A stretch of DNA of 24,912 nucleotides. Origin: a virus (taxonomy: Duplodnaviria > Caudoviricetes). Below the pieces are notes generated by a model. The model saw nothing but the letters and a program-made list of their open reading frames with translations, was not told the origin of the DNA and ran no database searches. This document shows, one piece after another, positions 1 through 8,500 of this stretch (its first letter is position 1; each line of letters starts with the position of its first letter). Made by a program: the position numbers and the translations under genes. The DNA is taken from the IMG/VR virus record IMGVR_UViG_3300046779_001130, positions 1 to 24,912 of that record. One strand, written 5' to 3'.

Positions 1-1
1 T

Positions 2-850
2 TGGAGAGCTCCTGGCACAGGTTGTGCTATTATTGAAGTTTGGGGCGCAGGCGGCAGCAGCAGTCGTATGTGCTGCTGTGGTTGGTCCCTTCCTGGTAAT
101 GCAGGTGCTTATTCAAAAAAATGCATAACTGTAGCAGCAGGCTGCTATGTAACTGGTACGATTGGATTTAGTTGCGGTAATGCTGATGCTTTTGGATTTA
201 GAGGATGTTCCGAAGCAACCTGTGTATGTTGGTTCGGCAGCGGAACAAATGGATGTATTTGTGCTCAAGGAGGCCGCGCAGGTTGCAGTACCTGTGGAAC
301 TGACGGAGGCTGCGGAGGATACTGCTGTTTCCGAGCATTGGGCTATTGCGCTACTAATAATGGATTAGGACAAGGTGCAGGCACAATTTGTAATATAGGA
401 ACAACTCAAACTTTTGTAGCCTGTGCTGTAGGCGGTGATTTTAACTGTTGCGGAGCTATTGGATGCTTGACACTATCTTGTCAATGTCCGGTGGCAGCAG
501 GTCGTTGTTGCTACACTCAACATGTTCCAGGACCGGCAGGAGTATGGAGCTGCTGTGGTTCACCTTATATCAGTTATCAATTTGCCGACGATGCCACAGA
601 AGCTCCTATTCCAGGACAAGGCCTGCATGGCTTCATCGCAGGACTAAGTACAAGTCGTAACGGTACTAAAGGTGCACCTCATGGTTATTCATGGCGTTCA
701 GATCGTATTTGCGCATGTTATGAGTCAACCGGATGTATTCCATATGTTCCATATGGATGGGGAGCTCCAGGAGGAGGATACTGCGGTGATATCCGTGATA
801 ACGGATACAGAGGCGGCATGGGATCCGTTAAGATTAGATTTTACACTTAA
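2..850 (+). CDS. Cys/Gly-rich virion (tail fibre/appendage-type) protein, 5'-truncated by the window edge
   Basis: The frame of the 68..850 ORF is open back to base 2 (WRAPGTGCAIIEVWGAGGSSSRMCCC). IEVWGAGG and the C-terminal GYRGGMGSVKIRF fit the glycine-rich domain of phage fibre proteins. About 32 Cys in the last 260 aa. Confidence 0.7.
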   Translation, partial: WRAPGTGCAIIEVWGAGGSSSRMCCCGWSLPGNAGAYSKKCITVAAGCYVTGTIGFSCGNADAFGFRGCSEATCVCWFGSGTNGCICAQGGRAGCSTCGTDGGCGGYCCFRALGYCATNNGLGQGAGTICNIGTTQTFVACAVGGDFNCCGAIGCLTLSCQCPVAAGRCCYTQHVPGPAGVWSCCGSPYISYQFADDATEAPIPGQGLHGFIAGLSTSRNGTKGAPHGYSWRSDRICACYESTGCIPYVPYGWGAPGGGYCGDIRDNGYRGGMGSVKIRFYT

Positions 851-866
851 AGGACAGGAGTAACTA

Positions 867-1499
867 ATGCGTAAATTTTTTACGTTTAAATTATCAGACG
901 AACCGTATAAAACTACAACTAATTTAAACAAAACTGTAGATGCTATTTACGAAGGACCACGTTTTTTAGCACTATGCGTACACACACCTACTGGAGAAAT
1001 TCGATATATAGCTCGAGCTGGTGAAACAGAAGACGTATTGGACATGGCCAATCTTGTAGATGATGATCCAGAAACAGAATTTATTGTTTTAGATGCTAAC
1101 GAAAAAACTTTCGAAGCAGCTTATCTTACAAGTGATTATCAGCACGATCCAATTCCAGACTACGAGTACGAATTACCAAACGGTCAAAAATATACATATA
1201 TATTTGCCGGTGGCGGAATATCTCAAAATTACTATACTCAGGATATGTTCTATCGTGATAACGAATTTACCACACCAAGATTTAGAGAACACGCAGTAAC
1301 AAGAGAAAGTGTACTACAAGGCGCACAAAATTTAATCGAAATGATTAATAAATCTGTAGGTGAAAATGATTATACAGATCAAGAACGTGCAGATCTTGAA
1401 GAATACAAAACCTTTTTACAAAGTCTCAGCACTGCTGAATATGCAAACATCGATCATTGGAAGTTTCCATTCCCAGCAAACCCACCAAGAATTTACTAA
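867..1499 (+). CDS. Hypothetical protein, possibly a tail fibre assembly chaperone
   Basis: AGGAG RBS upstream; acidic 210 aa. The C-terminus EEYKTFLQSL...HWKFPFPANPP resembles the YRxxLRDLP...FPxxP ending of phage tail assembly chaperones, and the gene follows a fibre-like gene. Confidence 0.55.
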   Translation: MRKFFTFKLSDEPYKTTTNLNKTVDAIYEGPRFLALCVHTPTGEIRYIARAGETEDVLDMANLVDDDPETEFIVLDANEKTFEAAYLTSDYQHDPIPDYEYELPNGQKYTYIFAGGGISQNYYTQDMFYRDNEFTTPRFREHAVTRESVLQGAQNLIEMINKSVGENDYTDQERADLEEYKTFLQSLSTAEYANIDHWKFPFPANPPRIY

Positions 1500-1504
1500 A
1501 AAAC

Positions 1505-1533
1505 TTGACTCTTAATTAGTCTGGTACTATTAT
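1505..1533 (+). promoter_or_regulatory. Sigma70-like promoter upstream of the glycosyltransferase-carbamoyltransferase pair
   Basis: TTGACT (1505-1510), 17-nt spacer, TATTAT (1528-1533). Confidence 0.55.
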
Positions 1534-1564
1534 ATTAACTGATATATAATAGGCCAGACTTTTT
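1518..1564 (+). terminator. Imperfect long hairpin followed by a T-run (possible intrinsic terminator or regulatory hairpin)
   Basis: AGTCTGG-TA-CTATTATAT (1518-1535) pairs with ATATAATAG-G-CCAGACT (1544-1560), followed by TTTT. Confidence 0.45.
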
Positions 1565-1576
1565 ATTGAGGTACAA

Positions 1577-2515
1577 ATGAGTAGATCCAAAGCATTTTTT
1601 ATCAACGGCGGAGCCGGAAGAGTTATTTGTTCAATTCCTGCTTTTGAATTATATGAAAAAGAATCCGGAGATAAAGATTTTATAATCGTATGCGAAGGCG
1701 GTACAGACTTGTTCAAAGGGCATCCAACTCTGGATGATAGAACATATGACACTTGGCACAAAAATCTTTTCAAAGAAAAAATTAAAGATAAAGATGTAGT
1801 AAGCCCAGAACCCTATAGAATTTGGGAATATTATAATCAAAAATGCAGTTTATCACAAGCCTTTGATATAGAAATAAACGGCAAAGGTATTAGAGAATTA
1901 CCAAAACCTAACCTATTTCTTTCAAAAGAAGAATTACTATCAGGCAGACAGGTAGTTGGGGAGATTAAAAAAACTCTAAAAAAAGATAAAGCAATTGTAT
2001 TTCAGCCTTTTGGCAGAGGCATTCAATATATAGATGAAAGTTTTGTCGACCCAACCAGTAGAAGTATCGAATACAAAGATGTTAAAGCGTTAATTAAAAA
2101 ACTGCAAGAAAATGGGTTTGCCGTTATTATGATGAGTGAACTTAAATTAGATCTAAGAGCAGAAAAATATAAAGATGATGTAGCAGCACCGGAAAACGTA
2201 AGTTTAAGACAGTGGGCAGCAATAATCAAATATACAGATCATTTCTTTGGGTGCGACAGTGTAGGACAACATTTGGCCTATGCTATGAACAAACCTGCTA
2301 CTGTGGTATTTGGATCAACATTTCCTATCAATGTTTCTTATCCAGAAGTTTCTACATTTAACATTTTAGACATGGGCGAAGAGACCAGGGAATACAGTCC
2401 TATTAGAATTACCATGGATGAGCGTGTGGACAGAAAACATGAACATATAATGAGTATGACACCCGAAATACACGACTATGTTATCAATACAATTTTAGGA
2501 AAACAGGAAAAATAA
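1577..2515 (+). CDS. GT-B glycosyltransferase, GT9 (ADP-heptose:LPS heptosyltransferase)-like
   Basis: N-terminal GGAGRVICSIPA and C-terminal SLRQWAAIIKYTDHFFGCDSVGQHLAYAMNKPATVVFGST match the GT9 DSGxxHLAxAxxxPxVxLFGxT signature; GAGG RBS. Confidence 0.8.
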   Translation: MSRSKAFFINGGAGRVICSIPAFELYEKESGDKDFIIVCEGGTDLFKGHPTLDDRTYDTWHKNLFKEKIKDKDVVSPEPYRIWEYYNQKCSLSQAFDIEINGKGIRELPKPNLFLSKEELLSGRQVVGEIKKTLKKDKAIVFQPFGRGIQYIDESFVDPTSRSIEYKDVKALIKKLQENGFAVIMMSELKLDLRAEKYKDDVAAPENVSLRQWAAIIKYTDHFFGCDSVGQHLAYAMNKPATVVFGSTFPINVSYPEVSTFNILDMGEETREYSPIRITMDERVDRKHEHIMSMTPEIHDYVINTILGKQEK

Positions 2516-4332
2516 TGTCAAACAACGGATTAAAAACAGGTTGGATAGCCGCTATAGCACGAGGACACAATGCTGGTGTGTGTTTAATGAAAGACGGTGA
2601 AATTATATTCAGCATTGAAGAAGAACGTCTAACAAGGCAAAAATATGATGGCGGTCCCTATGCCAGCATGATTAAAATACTCGAGTATACTGATAAGATT
2701 GACTATCTTATAGTAGCACATACACAAAATTTACATGAAACAGCAGGCAAAGTAGACTATACCGGAGATGATGTATATACTGGTTTAGCAAGAAAATTAA
2801 ATCTTATTGACAGAAAAGCCAACTTGCATAGACATCCACAGGTAATAGATCTCAGTCATATTCACCATAAATTGCACAGTGCTTGTGCTTTTTATCGTAG
2901 CGGTTGGGATGACGCAGTCAGTGTAATTGTAGATGGCGCAGGTACATTTATACAAATACAATATGGGCAAGCTCCGATGACTATTTGGGAAACTGAAAGT
3001 ATTATTGACTGCGGATATCCTGCTAATTTTACTACTCTATACAAACACTACGGTACGAGAGATCCAATTGTAACACAATACTACGACAAATTAGAGTCAG
3101 ATGGGTTCGGGGAAACAGATCAATATCATGAAGCACTGTTAACAGACAGAGCAGGCATTGTTAAAGTGTACGAAGCAGTTACAGAATATTGTGGATTTAG
3201 CAGTATCGAAGCAGGCAAGACCATGGGACTATTTCCTTACGGAAAAGAAAATAACAGTGTTCCAAAACTATTTGATGAATATGGAGTTAATGTTCCACTT
3301 CCAGTTAGTAATAGAAATTTAATTGTTCCAAACTACCCTAACGGTGCTTGGGTAAACTCTAATCTTTACGATGTATTAAATGAACAATTAGATGAAGAAC
3401 CTGATGTAACACATTTACAAAGTAGAAGAGATCTTGCCTATGCTGTGCAGACACAAAGTCAAGAACAGGTATTACGTCTAATTCGTAAAGCAGTTGAAAT
3501 GACTGGTAAAAAGCGTGTGGTAATTAGCGGCGGCTATGGACTTAATTGTGTAGCCAACTATTGGTATCTTGGACAGTTAAAAGAAGAAGGTATTGAAATT
3601 TACGTAGAACCAATCAGCAACGATGCCGGCACTGCCATGGGAGCAGCCTTGTTATTTTGGCATTCAATTACACAAAGCAGTGAAATACAAAAATTAGATA
3701 CACTTTATCTTGGTCCAAAATACACGTATTCTGAAAAAGAAATTTTAGAAAAAGTAAATTATACTGATGGAGAAGTCACAGATGCGACCTACGATGACGT
3801 AGTTGAACTGTTAACTAAAAAGAATATTGTTAGTATGTTCCAAGGTCGTAGCGAAAACGGACCAAGAGCATTAGGTAATCGCAGTATCTTGTTTGATCCA
3901 ACTTTTGCAGACGGTAAGGATTTTGTTAATCTTGTAAAACGTAGAGAATATTTTCGTCCATTTGCAGGTACTATCCTTGCTGAACATGCACATGAGTGGT
4001 TTGATCTACGAGGTAAAGAAGAAAGTCCTCACATGATGTATGCTGTAAATTGTCAGCCAGGTATAGAAGAAAAAATACCCAGTATCATACACGTAGATGG
4101 AACTTGTAGAATACAAACAGTCACAGAAGAACAAAATCTGCACTTTTACAATCTAATCAAAGCGTTCCATAGTAAAACTGGGATTCCTATCCTGTTCAAC
4201 ACCAGTTTTAACTTGGGCGGCGATCCTTTAGTGGAAACCTTGGACGATGCTATCAGTACACTTGTTCGCAGTGATATTGAGTATTTGTTTTTGCCCGAGT
4301 ACGGAAAACTAATAAAAATAGCAAATACCTAA
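2515..4332 (+). CDS. O-carbamoyltransferase, NodU/CmcH/TobZ family
   Basis: Motifs GHNAG...EEERLTRQK, HHKLHSACAFY, VDGAG, EAGKTMGLFPYG, SGGYGLNCVAN, NDAGTAMGAA, GRSENGPRALGNRSIL, KRREYFRPFA, HVDGTCRIQTV, NTSFN; coupled to the upstream gene by TAATG. Confidence 0.95.
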   Translation: MSNNGLKTGWIAAIARGHNAGVCLMKDGEIIFSIEEERLTRQKYDGGPYASMIKILEYTDKIDYLIVAHTQNLHETAGKVDYTGDDVYTGLARKLNLIDRKANLHRHPQVIDLSHIHHKLHSACAFYRSGWDDAVSVIVDGAGTFIQIQYGQAPMTIWETESIIDCGYPANFTTLYKHYGTRDPIVTQYYDKLESDGFGETDQYHEALLTDRAGIVKVYEAVTEYCGFSSIEAGKTMGLFPYGKENNSVPKLFDEYGVNVPLPVSNRNLIVPNYPNGAWVNSNLYDVLNEQLDEEPDVTHLQSRRDLAYAVQTQSQEQVLRLIRKAVEMTGKKRVVISGGYGLNCVANYWYLGQLKEEGIEIYVEPISNDAGTAMGAALLFWHSITQSSEIQKLDTLYLGPKYTYSEKEILEKVNYTDGEVTDATYDDVVELLTKKNIVSMFQGRSENGPRALGNRSILFDPTFADGKDFVNLVKRREYFRPFAGTILAEHAHEWFDLRGKEESPHMMYAVNCQPGIEEKIPSIIHVDGTCRIQTVTEEQNLHFYNLIKAFHSKTGIPILFNTSFNLGGDPLVETLDDAISTLVRSDIEYLFLPEYGKLIKIANT

Positions 4333-4337
4333 CAAAT

Positions 4338-4381
4338 TCTGTCAATATTACGATATGATAAATATACTTAATATTGGCAGA
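4338..4381 (+). promoter_or_regulatory. Late-type promoter box ATAAATA (4358-4364) inside the loop of a 13-bp hairpin
   Basis: TCTGTCAATATTA (4338-4350) pairs with TAATATTGGCAGA (4369-4381) with one U-G pair; 18-nt loop contains GATAAATA; ATG at 4387. Confidence 0.65.
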
Positions 4382-4386
4382 TTTCT

Positions 4387-5493
4387 ATGTTAAATTTCAG
4401 TAATTTCTTTACACAAGGTGTTAACTCTACACTTAGATTAAAACCTGGAACCAACTGGTCCTATAAAGGACAGTGGGTCCAAGTGTATTTGAATGACGAA
4501 ATTGATCGCTGGTACATAGGCGATTTTTCTACAGCAACATACAAAGTTACAGTAGAGTATAATAGTCATATCAAAGAAACAGTTAATTTACAACTAATAG
4601 CAACTCCTAATCACGTAAATTTAATTGAGTTCGGACGAGTAAGTACGTCAACAAGAATCCTAAATTTTTCAGCTAATGTTAATGATAGTTATGTAACATT
4701 GATAGCTAATCCAGCCAGCCCATCGTTTGACGGTTCGAGAGTAATTTTTATTGCTGAATATGCTGAAACAATTAGTGATCTAACTCCCACTATTGAAAGT
4801 CAAGTAATCCAAGAAAATCGATTCGTATCAGAATACGGATTTGAAACTACAGGATTTACAGTTAACGATGGAACATTAACTGTTACTAATCTCGATGTCG
4901 ATGTGTTAACCACTGATAGATTAACTATAGGACCTTATCTTTCTGTAATTAATGGATTAGTTACAATTACAAGTAAAACTGAAACTCCAGGTTCACTGAA
5001 CAATATTGTTATTGGCAACGTTACACCTAAAGATGCAACTTTCGTAGATGTAGTATTAACGAATCTTGATTTGTTAGGGGACCTAAATGTTAACTCTGAA
5101 AATTCAGTTGTTTCGTTGACTCCTACAGGTTTGTCAAGCAGTGTTATTATAAATCCAATTGGACTTGGCAGTATTGACAACATGACCATAGGTCAAACAA
5201 CTCCAAGAACAGGTAATTTTACAACACTAACAGCACCGTCAGGCACAATTACTGCACTTAATAGTACTACTGGAACTGTTACCACACTTAATAGCACTAC
5301 CGGAACTGTTACCACACTTAATAGCACTACCGGAACTATTACAAATTTAACTGTAACTAATGATTTAACTGTTGATAGTATAACAGCAAATGAAATAACT
5401 ATCAATAATGCTCCATCCGGACCAACAAAAGCAACAAGAAAAGATTATGTTGACGCTACTGCCACAGCACTTGCTATCGCATTAGGCGCTTAA
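4387..5493 (+). CDS. Virion structural protein (fibre-like, Thr-rich beta repeats)
   Basis: IDRWYIGDFSTATYKV...EFGRV domain of the kind seen in T4-like fibre proteins; two GSxxNxxIGxxTP repeats; TTLNSTTGTV repeats; C-terminal ATRKDYVDATATALAIALGA. Confidence 0.7.
   Translation: MLNFSNFFTQGVNSTLRLKPGTNWSYKGQWVQVYLNDEIDRWYIGDFSTATYKVTVEYNSHIKETVNLQLIATPNHVNLIEFGRVSTSTRILNFSANVNDSYVTLIANPASPSFDGSRVIFIAEYAETISDLTPTIESQVIQENRFVSEYGFETTGFTVNDGTLTVTNLDVDVLTTDRLTIGPYLSVINGLVTITSKTETPGSLNNIVIGNVTPKDATFVDVVLTNLDLLGDLNVNSENSVVSLTPTGLSSSVIINPIGLGSIDNMTIGQTTPRTGNFTTLTAPSGTITALNSTTGTVTTLNSTTGTVTTLNSTTGTITNLTVTNDLTVDSITANEITINNAPSGPTKATRKDYVDATATALAIALGA
5251..5340 (+). repeat. 3 x 30-bp in-frame tandem repeat encoding T(A/T)LNSTTGT(V/I)
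   Basis: actgcacttaatagtactactggaactgtt / accacacttaatagcactaccggaactgtt / accacacttaatagcactaccggaactatt. Confidence 0.95.
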
Positions 5494-5504
5494 CGGAGAT
5501 TTGA

Positions 5505-8500
5505 ATGGCAAAGAAAAGAATTCACAATTACGTATTTTTACCAGGAACAGCAAGTAGTAGTAATGCTTATCCTAATGCTTATACCTTACTTGTTAATAAT
5601 AAAGAATTTATTAAAAAAGAATCAAATGCCTTTATTACAGCAAGTATTGCTCAAGATCAAGCAATTAATCTTAACGCAAATGCCATAGGATTGTTGACAA
5701 ATAATAAAGAATTTTTAAAGAAAGAGATTAGAGCATATATTGCTGCCAGAGTCGCTGCAAGTAATGGGCCATTCGCTGGGTACACATATGATGCAGACAA
5801 ATGTGAACGAGATGTTGGTTATGTAATCGATGCTTACATTTACGATTTACGTTATGGCGGTAACGAGCAAATTAGATATGTGGCTGCACAATACTGGTTA
5901 GGAGGCACAGCACAAGTCGACGGCGACAGGCAAGCAGAAATTTGGGCTCATACAAAACTAAGAGATATTATAATCAAGTATGTGTTCACCAGAACTTTAT
6001 ATCCTACAGAACAGGTCGCAGGTGTTGTTCAAAATATTTCTGGCTCCAATGCCGAAACCCACATGCAACAAAGATTAAGTTCTTTATCAGAAATCTTATT
6101 AGACGTAATAACAAACGGTTTAAGTGTTTTACAAGAAGTAAATGTTTCTCCGAATGCTGTAACTTTACTTGAAAATAATAAAGAATTTTTAAAAGACGAA
6201 ATTACTGCATGGATTGGAACTCAAGTAGCAGGAAATATTGCTCCTTTTGTAGGATTTACATATAACAGTTCGAAGTGTAAACGCGATGTTGGTTTTATTA
6301 TTGAAGCCTACATCTATGATTTAAAACATAATGGTACTGAAAAAACAAGAGAAGCAGCTCAACAGTATTGGTTAGATGGCGTCGCACAAATTGACGGAAA
6401 TAGAGATCCAGAAGTTGCAGCTCATACTAAACTAAGAGATTTAATAACTGGATATATTTTAGCAAGAATACCTTATTCTTCTGATCAAAACCCTATAGTA
6501 ACTACACAAATCACTTCAGGTAGTGCAGCCGAAGCCGGTGCCGTAGCAACTATCACCACACTGGCAGATATTGCAATTTCTATTATTGATAATGGATTAG
6601 TATCGTTAACAGCGGTAAACTTGAAGCCGGACGCAGTTACACTTTTAACTAACAATAAAGAATTCTTAAAAGATGAAATTGTTGCATGGATCGCCACTCA
6701 AGTAGCAGGAAGTATTCCTCCTTTTGCAGGCTACACATATGACTCAGTAAAATGCGAGCGTGATGTTGGTTATGTAATTGATGCTTACATTTATGATTTA
6801 CGCTACGGTGGACAAGAAGGAATTAGAGATATTGCCAGTCAGTATTGGGTTGGTACCACGGCACAAGTAGATGGAGCCAGAACCCCAGAAGTTGCAGCTC
6901 ATACTAAACTAAGAGATATTATCAATAATAATATTTTTCCTAAAGTAAGTTATGTAAGTTTACAAAGTCCAGTTGTGACTACTCAAAATACTTCAGGTAG
7001 TGCAGCTGAAGCTGGATCTACAACAGTTATTACCAGCTTAGCCAGTGTTCTTACTTCTACTATCTCTGGTGGTTTGAGTAACTTACCCGCAGTGCCCCTG
7101 ACTCAAAGTCTAAGAAATTTTGCAGGTTACATATATGACACAGGCAAATGCGAGCGCGATGTCGGTTATGTTTTAGATGCTTATGCTAACGATTTACGTT
7201 ATGGCGGTAATATTGAAACAAGATTTATTGCAAGTAGATATTGGGAAGGACAAATTCCTCAAGTCGACGGCGACCGACGTCCCGAGATTGTAACACATCA
7301 ATTTATTAGAGACTTGATTAATTACACATTATTTCCGCAAGTTGCTTATACACCATTACAAGGCACAGTTTCAAGATACACTAATGGCGGTATAACATAT
7401 GAAACCGGTGCCCTGCCAAGAATTTATAGTTTAGCATCTGTGATAACAGAGGTTGTAGAAAACGGTTTAAGCAGTTTACCAACAAGAACAAATGGTGTAA
7501 CACAAGTACGAGTTCAAGGAAAAGTTAATCTTGAAGAAGTTTTATTAATCACTAACACTACAAATAACCAGATACTGTATAATTTTTCAAGTAACGAATT
7601 TGGTGCTACTGTTGATTATTTTGACACATATAATAGCAACGGTATTCCAAGAGACGATGACTTCGCTTCCTTCTATGAAGTAGCAGATTATGTTAGCACT
7701 ATAACTTTAGATGTAGATACCAGTACGTGCAGTTCAACAGATGACATTCAAATATTTGTTGAACGCAATGAAATGACCATTCGTCCTTGGGATTTTGGTA
7801 CAGATGCCATCGAACGTATGCGTGTGGCAACACCACAGAGTATGCTTGATGCTGACTTTGAATACGGTCTACAACCAACTAAATGGCAGGCAATTGGTTT
7901 GCTAAGACAGTACCCAAGTGTTTATGAAATACCTGGCACGGATACCGCAGTGAGTACTGTAGTCACCGATGCCAGTGTCGGAACAGCAAATATTGGTGCC
8001 AGCTTAATTACAGTAACCACTGTCGGTCCGCATGGATTTACTGTAGGAACCCCAATTACTATCAAAGCATTAGCAAACACTATTACTGGTTTTAGTAGAG
8101 CAGAAGGAACTTTCTTAATTAACACTGTGCCTACTTCAAGTACATTTACATATTATTCGGCCAGTAAAGTAGGAACAGCTAACGGACAAGTATTAGCTAC
8201 TGCTTATACACAATTAAGAAAGGCATCATTTTACACAGGCGCCAGTTTAGGTACACCATCGTTCAGTATATACAGTGCTGGATTTTCAGGAACAATTACA
8301 TCCGAATTAATTACACAATCAGGAACAGATCAAATTGCATTCAGCGGCACCGCACCAAGTATAGGTGCACCTTTAACTGCTTCAGGAATCAATCCTGGAA
8401 CGCAAGTAACTGGTATTGTTGGATCAGGTGGAGTAGCAGTTCAAACAGGAGCAGCATTGAATGCTACTATAGGAGATACTACCATCGATGTTGATAATGT

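Noticed and set aside
5251-5340. CRISPR-like 30-bp repeats
   Set aside because: The copies are directly adjacent with no spacers and are in frame within a CDS.
6408-6917. Diversity-generating retroelement template/variable repeat pair
   Set aside because: Both copies are in-frame coding repeats, differences are not adenine-specific, and no reverse transcriptase is present in the window.
5505-7481. Cyanobacterial cpc/apc phycobilisome gene or operon
   Set aside because: The motifs are internal repeats of a 2234-aa phage structural ORF, lack the N-terminal phycobiliprotein helices, and have no linker or lyase genes beside them. Kept only as a domain-level similarity.
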